Notes under the pieces: model-generated
The model's database searches: none
Told to the model about the DNA's origin: nothing
Seen by the model: only the letters and a program-made list of their open reading frames with translations
Shown: positions 16,881 through 23,672 of the stretch, piece by piece
Layout of the letters: each line of letters begins with the position of its first letter
Numbering within the stretch: the first letter of the stretch is position 1
IMG/VR virus record: IMGVR_UViG_2534681899_000008
Strand: one strand, 5' to 3'
From: a virus
Taxonomy: Duplodnaviria; Heunggongvirae; Uroviricota; Caudoviricetes
Length of the DNA: 23,672 nt
Translations under genes and position numbers: made by a program

Positions 16881-18929
16881 ATGTCGAAAGGGGCGGACAT
16901 CATTGATGTGATGCAGCGTCTGGGCGGTGTGGCTGACCGTCTGGATTATCGTAAAGCGGCGGCGCTGGGTTCCACCTTCCTGACACTGGGCGCTGCGCCG
17001 GAGGTTGCAGCCAGTGCAGCAAACGCGATGGTGCGTGAATTGTCTATTGCCACCATGCAGAGCAAGAGTTTTTTTGAAGGGATGAATCTGCTGAAACTCA
17101 ATCCTGAAGTGATTGAAAAACAGATGACGAAGGATGCGATGGGAACCATCCAGCGCGTGCTGGAGAAGGTGAATGCATTGCCGCAGGATAAGCGCCTGTC
17201 TGCTATGACCATGTTGTTTGGTAAAGAGTTTGGCGATGACGCGGCGAAACTGGCAAACAACCTGCCGGAGCTGCAGCGCCAGTTAAAACTAACAGCGGGC
17301 AATGATGCGCTCGGTTCCATGCAGAAAGAATCCGACATCAACAAGGATTCACTTTCTGCGCAGTGGTTGCTGGTCAAAACCGGAGCACAGAACACCTTCA
17401 GCAGCCTGGGCGAAACGCTGCGCCAGCCGCTGATGGATATTCTGTACATGGTGAAAAGCGTCACGGGGGCGTCGCGTCGCTGGGTGGAAGCTAACCCGGA
17501 ACTGACGGGCACACTGATGAAAGTAGCCGCTGTTGTGGCTGCTGTTACCGTGGGCCTCGGCACCCTAGCTGTGGTGTTGGCTGCTGTGCTGGGGCCGCTG
17601 GCAGTCATCCGTCTGGGATTCTCTGTACTGGGTATCAAAACGTTACCTTCCGTTGCGGCAGCAGTAACCCGAACCCGCAACGCGTTGTCCTGGCTGGCTG
17701 GCGCTCCACTGGCACTGCTGCGACGCGGGTTTGCTTCATCGGGCAAGGCCGCAGGTTTACTTACTGCGCCGTTGTCGTCTTTGCGCCGCACGGCATCACT
17801 GACGAGAAATGTCCTGAAAACTGTAGCAGGTGCGCCGGTTGCACTGTTGCGATCTGGATTATCCGGTTTACGTACTGTTGCTGTGATGTTTATGAATCCT
17901 CTGGCGGTACTGCGCGGTGGACTGGCTGCCGCAGGCGCGGTGCTTCGTGTGCTTGCATCCGGTCCGCTGGCGATGCTGCGCGTTGCCCTGTATGCCGTAT
18001 CTGGTCTGTTAGGTGCTCTGCTCAGTCCGATAGGTCTTGTGGTTACTGCACTGGCGGGCGTGGCGCTGGTTGTCTGGAAATACTGGCAACCCATCACCGC
18101 ATTTCTTGGTGGCGTGGTGGAAGGATTCAAAGCGGCGGCAGGTCCCGTCAGTGCAGCATTCGAACCGCTTAAGCCCGTGTTCCAGTGGATTGGCGACAAA
18201 GTACAGGCGCTGTGGGGCTGGTTTACTAATCTGCTGACGCCCGTTAAGTCGACCTCTGCCGAACTGCAGAGTGCAGCGGCAATGGGGCGGAGATTCGGGG
18301 AGGCACTGGCGGAAGGGCTGAATATGGTCATGCATCCGCTGGACTCCCTGAAATCCGGCGTTTCCTGGTTGCTGGAGAAGCTCGGCATTGTCAGTAAAGA
18401 GGCCGCAAAGGCAAAACTGCCGGAAAGCGTGACGCGTCAGCAACCTGCGACGGTGAATGCAGACGGTAAAGTGATGATGCCATCGGGTGGTTTTCCATCA
18501 TGGGGATATGGCTTTGCGGGGATGTATGACAGCGGCGGGTATATCCCGCGCGGGCAGTTTGGCATCGTCGGTGAAAACGGGCCGGAAATTGTTAACGGCC
18601 CGGCAAATGTGACCAGCCGGAGAAATACAGCTGCACTGGCTGCCGTTGTTGCCGGAATGATGGGCGTTGCTGCCGCACCAGCAGAGCTTCCACCGTTGCA
18701 CCCTTTGGCACTTCCCGCGAAAGGTGGAGAAGCAATTGTGAGTCGCGCAGCCACTGTGCCGCCCGTTTACAGGATTGAGGCACCGACGCAGATCATCATC
18801 CAGACGCAGCCAGGACAAAGTGCGCAGGATATTGCGCGGGAGGTGGCCCGCCAGCTTGATGAACGTGAACGCAGGTTGAAGGCAAAAGCCAGGAGTAACT
18901 ACAGCGATCAGGGGGGATACGACGCATGA
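16881..18929 (+). CDS. T: Tail tape measure protein, P2 gpT family, apparently N-terminally truncated
   Basis: 682 aa (P2 gpT 815 aa) with Ala/Leu-rich repeated segments (PLALLRRG, PVALLRSG, PLAVLRGG, PLAMLRVA); stop overlaps the U start. The frame is open from 16803, so the true 5' end is uncertain. Confidence 0.65.
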   Translation: MSKGADIIDVMQRLGGVADRLDYRKAAALGSTFLTLGAAPEVAASAANAMVRELSIATMQSKSFFEGMNLLKLNPEVIEKQMTKDAMGTIQRVLEKVNALPQDKRLSAMTMLFGKEFGDDAAKLANNLPELQRQLKLTAGNDALGSMQKESDINKDSLSAQWLLVKTGAQNTFSSLGETLRQPLMDILYMVKSVTGASRRWVEANPELTGTLMKVAAVVAAVTVGLGTLAVVLAAVLGPLAVIRLGFSVLGIKTLPSVAAAVTRTRNALSWLAGAPLALLRRGFASSGKAAGLLTAPLSSLRRTASLTRNVLKTVAGAPVALLRSGLSGLRTVAVMFMNPLAVLRGGLAAAGAVLRVLASGPLAMLRVALYAVSGLLGALLSPIGLVVTALAGVALVVWKYWQPITAFLGGVVEGFKAAAGPVSAAFEPLKPVFQWIGDKVQALWGWFTNLLTPVKSTSAELQSAAAMGRRFGEALAEGLNMVMHPLDSLKSGVSWLLEKLGIVSKEAAKAKLPESVTRQQPATVNADGKVMMPSGGFPSWGYGFAGMYDSGGYIPRGQFGIVGENGPEIVNGPANVTSRRNTAALAAVVAGMMGVAAAPAELPPLHPLALPAKGGEAIVSRAATVPPVYRIEAPTQIIIQTQPGQSAQDIAREVARQLDERERRLKAKARSNYSDQGGYDA

Positions 18930-19411
18930 TGATGGTGCTGGGATTGTACGTGTTTATGCTGCGCACCGTGCCGTATCAGGAGCTGCAGTATCAACGCAAC
19001 TGGCGACATGCGGCAAACAGCCGGGTAAACCGACGTCCGTCCACGCAGTTTCTGGGACCGGACAACGACATGCTGACGCTTTCCGGTGTTCTTATGCCGG
19101 AGATAACAGGTGGCAGGCTGTCGCTGCTGGCGCTGGAGCAGATGGCAGAACAGGGGAAAGCATGGCCCCTGATTGAAGGCAGCGGCACGATTTATGGCAT
19201 GTATGTGATTGAGGGACTGAATCAGACTAAAACGGAGTTTTTCCGCGACGGTATGCCGCGCCGGATTGAGTTCACCCTGTCGCTCAAACGGGTGGATGAA
19301 TCCCTGTCCGATATGTTCGGTGATCTCAGTGCGCAACTGAATAATCTGCAGGACATGGCAACGTCTGCTTTAAGCGATATCAGTAAAACGGTGGGAGGGC
19401 TGCTGTCGTGA
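18926..19411 (+). CDS. U: Tail protein, P2 gpU family
   Basis: 161 aa (P2 gpU 159 aa); ATGA overlap with T, followed by D. Confidence 0.75.
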   Translation: MMMVLGLYVFMLRTVPYQELQYQRNWRHAANSRVNRRPSTQFLGPDNDMLTLSGVLMPEITGGRLSLLALEQMAEQGKAWPLIEGSGTIYGMYVIEGLNQTKTEFFRDGMPRRIEFTLSLKRVDESLSDMFGDLSAQLNNLQDMATSALSDISKTVGGLLS

Positions 19412-20508
19412 ATTTCAGCTCTGAACTGCTTAACAAAGGCAACAAAACTCCCGCATTCAGCATCAGTATTGAGGGCAGGGATATCACCACTGTGCTGGAT
19501 AACCGCCTGATGAGTTTGACGCTGACGGACAATCGGGGCTTTGAAGCGGATCAGCTTGATCTGGAGCTGGACGACGCCGACGGAAAAATCGTGCTGCCGC
19601 GCCGTGGTGCGGTCATTACGCTGGCGCTGGGCTGGAAGGGGCAGCCGCTTTTCCCGAAAGGGACATTCACGGTGGACGAGATTGAACACACTGGCGCACC
19701 GGACCGCCTGACTATCCGGGCGCGAAGTGCTGATTTTCGTGAAACGCTGAATACCCGCCGTGAAAAGTCGTGGCACAAGACCACCGTTGGGGAAGTGGTG
19801 AAGGAAATAGCTGCGCGGCACAAACTGAAGATGGCATTGGGTAAAGACCTGTCAGATAAAACCGTGGAACATTTAGACCAGACCAATGAGAGTGACGGCA
19901 GTTTTCTGATGCGGCTGGCGCGCCAGTACGGTGCTATTGCGTCGGTGAAAAATGGCAATCTGTTATTCATCCGACAGGGACAGGGTAAAAGCGCCAGCGG
20001 TAAACCACTACCGGTGATCACTATCACACGTAAGGACGGCGACAGTCACCGCTTTACCCTGGCAGATCGCGGAGCTTACACGGGCGTAATTGCCAGCTGG
20101 TTGCATACTCGCGAACCCTCGAAGAAAGAAAGCACCACGGTGAAGCGTAAGCGCAGGACTAAGAAGCAGACGAAAGAGCCGGAAGCGAAGCAGGGCGATT
20201 ACCTGGTGGGTACGGATGAAAACGTGCTGGTACTTAATCGCACTTATGCCAACCGGAGCAACGCCGAACGAGCGGCGAAAATGCAGTGGGAACGCCTGCA
20301 ACGCGGCGTTGCGTCATTCTCGCTACAACTGGCGGAAGGTCGGGCAGATCTCTACACGGAAATGCCAGTGAAAGTCAGTGGTTTTAAACAGCCGATAGAT
20401 GATGCGGAATGGACCATTACGACTCTGACACATACCGTCAGCCCGGATAACGGTTTTACGACCAGTCTGGAGCTTGAAGTGAGGATTGATGATTTCGAAA
20501 TGGAATGA
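19408..20508 (+). CDS. D: Tail/late protein D, P2 gpD family
   Basis: 366 aa (P2 gpD 387 aa); apparent GTG start overlapping the U stop (GTGA); canonical position between U and ogr. Confidence 0.8.
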   Translation: MNFSSELLNKGNKTPAFSISIEGRDITTVLDNRLMSLTLTDNRGFEADQLDLELDDADGKIVLPRRGAVITLALGWKGQPLFPKGTFTVDEIEHTGAPDRLTIRARSADFRETLNTRREKSWHKTTVGEVVKEIAARHKLKMALGKDLSDKTVEHLDQTNESDGSFLMRLARQYGAIASVKNGNLLFIRQGQGKSASGKPLPVITITRKDGDSHRFTLADRGAYTGVIASWLHTREPSKKESTTVKRKRRTKKQTKEPEAKQGDYLVGTDENVLVLNRTYANRSNAERAAKMQWERLQRGVASFSLQLAEGRADLYTEMPVKVSGFKQPIDDAEWTITTLTHTVSPDNGFTTSLELEVRIDDFEME

Positions 20509-20598
20509 TTCTTCGCAATGGAGAACTTTTAAGTTTGCAAAATGGAATAATACGGTATCATTATTGTGAATTTAGCAAAAATGGGGAGAGCTCGAAAA

Positions 20599-20817
20599 AT
20601 GATGATTTGCCCACTGTGTGGAAGTGCCGCCCATACTCGCAGCAGTTTTCAGGTATCTTCATTGACCAAAGAGCGTTACAACCAGTGCCAGAACATTAAC
20701 TGCAGCCATACTTTTGTTACCCATGAAACTTTTGTTCGTTCGATTGCAACGCCAAAAGAGTCAAATCCGGTTCAGCCGCATCCAATGAAATCAGGACAGG
20801 TGGCGCTCTCTCTTTGA
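20599..20817 (+). CDS. ogr: Late gene transcriptional activator Ogr (Cys4 zinc finger)
   Basis: 72 aa MMICPLCGSAAHTRSS...CQNINCSHTF with C-x2-C-x22-C-x4-C spacing, closely resembling P2 Ogr as I recall it; last phage gene before the att-like repeat. Confidence 0.8.
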   Translation: MMICPLCGSAAHTRSSFQVSSLTKERYNQCQNINCSHTFVTHETFVRSIATPKESNPVQPHPMKSGQVALSL

Positions 20818-20839
20818 CGCTGCCGCCATTTTGTCGCCA
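20818..20839. repeat. Right copy of the candidate att core (attR)
   Basis: cgctgccgccattttgtcgcca, 20 of 22 identical to 19-40, immediately after the ogr stop codon. Confidence 0.4.
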
Positions 20840-20894
20840 TCGTTAAAAAGCAGTGCTTCTAACATCATGATTTTAAAAGGTATAAATTTCAGGC

Positions 20895-20940
20895 AACAAA
20901 AAACCCATCAACCTTGAACCGAAATGGCGGGGTTGATGGG
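20895..20940 (-). terminator. Rho-independent terminator candidate downstream of ybjL
   Basis: Minus-strand hairpin (CCCATCAACC / GGTTGATGGG, 10-bp stem) followed by a T6 run (plus-strand A-run at 20895-20903), about 110 nt beyond the ybjL stop. Confidence 0.4.
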
Positions 20941-21052
20941 CTCCACAAAATGGGGACATCAAAGAAAAGCAGTGGCACTAATTAAGACTGATGCCCTGCG
21001 GAAAAGTTCTGCGGTTGTGCAAAAAAATTTCATTTTCAGGGCAACTTCAGTT

Positions 21053-22738
21053 TTATCCTAATCCTGGCCATACCATGACGATGATTGTCCCTGCCAGCGT
21101 CAGCAGGACGTTGGCGATTGCGTAGGTGCCCGCGTAGCCCAGCGCAGGGATGTTACTGCGAGCTGTATCACTGATGATCTCCATTGCCGGCGCGCAGGTG
21201 CGTGCGCCCATCATTGCGCCGAACAACAGTGCGCGGTTCATTCGCAATACATAAGCACCGAACAAGAAACAGATAACCACGGGCACAAGACTGACAATTA
21301 ATCCGGCAATCAACATCTGACCGCCAATCGCGCCCAGGCCGTTATTAATACCGCTACCGGCGCTCAGACCAACGCCTGCCATAAACACCATCAAGCCGAA
21401 CTCTTTCACCATGCTTAATGCACCTTGCGGAATGTAACCGAAGGTCGGGTGGTTAGCACGCATAAAGCCCAGCATAATTCCGGCGAATAACAACCCGGCA
21501 GCGTTCCCCATGCCGAAACTGAATGTGCTGAACTGGAAGGTGATCATCCCGATCATCAGCCCAATAACAAAGAAGGCGCAAAATGCCAGCAGGTCAGTGA
21601 CCTGGCTGTGAATCGAGATAAAGCCGATGCGATCGGCGATGGTTTTTACGCGACGGGCATCACCGCTGACTTGTAAAACGTCACCTTTGTTAAGCACGAC
21701 GTTGTCATCTATCGGCATCTCAATCTGGCTACGAATGACGCGGTTAAGGAAGCAACCGTGATCGGTCAACTTCAGTTGTGCGAGACGTTTACCTACAGCG
21801 TTATGGTTTTTAACGACCACTTCTTCAGTGACGATACGCATGTCGAGAAGGTCACGATCGAAAACTTCTTTACCGTTACGGAAGCTGGGATCGAGTCGGG
21901 CATGGGCGTCGGGATAGCCTACCAACGCTATTTCATCGCCCATTTGTAGCACGGCATCACCGTCTGGATTTGCCAGAATCCCGTTACGTCGAATACGTTC
22001 AATGTAGCAGCCGGTTTGTCGATAAATACCCAGTTCACGCAGATTTTTGCCGTCGGTCCAGGCCACCAGCTCCGGGCCGACGCGATAGGCGCGGATCACC
22101 GGTAAATAAACCTTACGGTTGGCATCAGTGTCCAGGCCACGTTCGCGGGCGATTTGCTGGGCGCTGGTCTGTAAGTCCTGATGCTGCAATTTCGGCAAGT
22201 AACGCGCACCAACAATCAAACTCACCAGACCGATTAAATAGGTTAAGGCATACCCGAGGCTCAGATTATCCAGTGCCAGTGAGAGCTGCCTGCTTTCCAT
22301 GCCGGAATGACGCAGTGTATCGCCAGCACCGACCAGAACCGGTGTCGACGTCATAGAGCCTGCTAACATACCGGCCGTCAGGCCAATATCCCAGCCAAAC
22401 AGCTTACCTAACCCTAAGGCGATCACCAGCGCACTGCCAACCATCACCAGTGCTAACATTAGGTAATTTTTCCCATCGCGAAAAAAAATGGAAAAAAAGT
22501 TCGGTCCGGCTTCGACCCCGACGCAGAAAATAAACAGCATAAAGCCAAGATTAAGCGCATCGGTGTTAATGCTGAAATGTTGTTGGCCTAATAACAGCGA
22601 TACGACTAAAACGCCAATGGAATTACCCAGTTGGATCGAACCAAGTCGTAACTTTCCGAGACATAGCCCAAGCGCGAGGACCACAAATAATAACAGAATG
22701 TAATTCCCATTTAACAATTCGGCGACGTTTATATTCAC
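21053..22738 (-). CDS. ybjL: Putative transport protein YbjL (AAE transporter family, two TrkA-C domains)
   Basis: 561 aa starting [29 protein letters not shown], recognised as E. coli YbjL; polytopic membrane protein. Confidence 0.85.
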
Positions 22739-23007
22739 GGAGGCTAACTTCTTGTTTACTAGTAAGCTGTTGAAAGAAATGGTAATTTACGATAATGTTT
22801 TTTACCAGAATTCAGGGCGCAGATTCATTCAGCGCACCTAAACGATAGTAAAGTAACAATATATTTTACTAGTGTAATCACATTAGGTATCAACGGCTAT
22901 ATGAATTGCGTTGGCCTATATTAGCATGGAATGCGAAGCGGCTTTATCTTACTGAACGCCACACTGGCGAAAAATGTGTTCGATAGACGCAGTGTCAGGA
23001 GGAACGA

Positions 23008-23385
23008 GTGAAACATAAACAACGTTGGGCGGGGGCAATCTGCTGTTTTGTCCTCTTCATTGTGGTGTGCCTTTTTCTGGCGACGCACATGAAAGGCGCT
23101 TTTCGGGCTGCCGGGCATCCTGAAATCGGCTTGCTATTTTTCATTCTTCCTGGAGCAGTCGCCAGCTTCTTTTCACAGCGTAGAGAAGTCCTGAAACCTC
23201 TGTTTGGCGCAATGCTGGCGGCACCCTGTTCGATGCTCATTATGCGGCTGTTTTTTTCACCGACGCGCTCATTCTGGCAAGAGCTGGCATGGTTACTAAG
23301 CGCGGTGTTCTGGTGTGCGCTGGGGGCACTGTGTTTCTTATTTATCAGTAGTTTGTTTAAACCACAGCACAGAAAAAATCAGTAA
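23008..23385 (+). CDS. ybjM: Inner membrane protein YbjM
   Basis: 125 aa, GTG start preceded by AGGAGG, hydrophobic; sits between ybjL and grxA as in E. coli. Confidence 0.75.
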   Translation: MKHKQRWAGAICCFVLFIVVCLFLATHMKGAFRAAGHPEIGLLFFILPGAVASFFSQRREVLKPLFGAMLAAPCSMLIMRLFFSPTRSFWQELAWLLSAVFWCALGALCFLFISSLFKPQHRKNQ

Positions 23386-23404
23386 AGCCCTCAACGCGAG
23401 GGCT
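23386..23404. terminator. Hairpin between convergent ybjM and grxA (candidate bidirectional terminator)
   Basis: AGCCCTC / GAGGGCT stem with 5-nt loop immediately after the ybjM stop; T-rich run on the minus strand after the hairpin. Confidence 0.35.
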
Positions 23405-23414
23405 TGTCAGACGA

Positions 23415-23672
23415 TCAGGCGTCCAGATTTTCTTTCACCCATGCAGCAAAATCGGTATAGCCGCCGATATGTTGCTGATCGACAAAAATCTGCGGCACGG
23501 TTTCTACGGGTTTACCTGCCTTTTGTTGTAGATCTTCTTTAGTGATCCCTTCCGCACGAATATCTACATACTGATACTGAAAATCATCGCGTTCATTGCT
23601 CAATTTCTCAGCCAGATCTTTTGCACGCACACAGTAAGGGCAACCCGGACGACCAAAAATAACGGTTTGCAT
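23415..23672 (-). CDS. grxA: Glutaredoxin 1
   Basis: 85 aa MQTVIFGRPGCPYCVRAKDLAEKL with CPYC active site; start codon is at the window's right edge. Confidence 0.9.
   Translation of the reverse strand: MQTVIFGRPGCPYCVRAKDLAEKLSNERDDFQYQYVDIRAEGITKEDLQQKAGKPVETVPQIFVDQQHIGGYTDFAAWVKENLDA

Larger units (their letters stand above)
1..20839. mobile_element. P2/186-family prophage, apparently defective (lysis and most tail genes absent); left end and attL lie at or beyond the window edge
   Basis: Contiguous P2/186-like gene order: int, cI, apl, cII, A, cargo, Q, P, O, N, M, L, T fragment, U, D, ogr, followed by host ybjL. Right boundary placed at a 22-nt near-repeat of int-proximal sequence. 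Confidence 0.8.

Noticed and set aside
16946-18388. 480-aa minus-strand ORF antisense to the tape-measure gene
   Set aside because: Lies entirely within the GC-rich, Ala-rich T coding region; the translation is low-complexity (Ala/Ser/Pro/Arg-rich), has no SD-like start context, and is typical of spurious antisense ORFs in high-GC repeats.
19222-19821. 199-aa minus-strand ORF overlapping U and D
   Set aside because: Antisense to conserved U and D; no start context.
20818-21052. tRNA or tmRNA gene as integration target at the right junction
   Set aside because: No cloverleaf-like sequence or T-loop motif is visible; the att repeat lies in ordinary intergenic DNA upstream of a ybjL terminator.
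1-23672. CRISPR arrays, IS elements or transposases
   Set aside because: No regularly spaced direct repeats and no transposase-like ORF or terminal inverted repeats were seen; the L/T deletion junction shows no IS remnant.

Overview
The window is an Escherichia coli chromosomal segment (ybjL, ybjM and grxA at the right end) carrying a P2/186-family prophage that runs from the left window edge to about 20.84 kb. The lysogeny/early region looks 186-like: integrase, a small secreted Cys-rich moron, CI-type repressor, Apl/Cox, CII, several small early ORFs, a frameshifted TraR/DksA-type zinc-finger gene, a Dam-family methylase, the A replication initiator, and a LexA-boxed operon encoding a small Tum-like protein and a DinI-like protein. 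Next comes AT-rich cargo: a membrane-anchored 203-aa protein and a 579-aa protein, each with its own promoter and terminator and separated by a cos-like sequence. A complete P2-type head module follows (Q and P leftward; O, N, M, L rightward, with a TGT-N12-ACA Ogr-type box between them). Gene L then runs directly into a tape-measure-like ORF followed by U, D and ogr, so the lysis, baseplate, fibre, sheath and tube genes are absent and the element appears to be a tail-less, lysis-less remnant. The most interesting candidates are the two cargo genes, which sit where P2-like phages carry anti-phage defence cargo and have no function I can assign by eye. All family assignments are from reading the translations; no searches were run.
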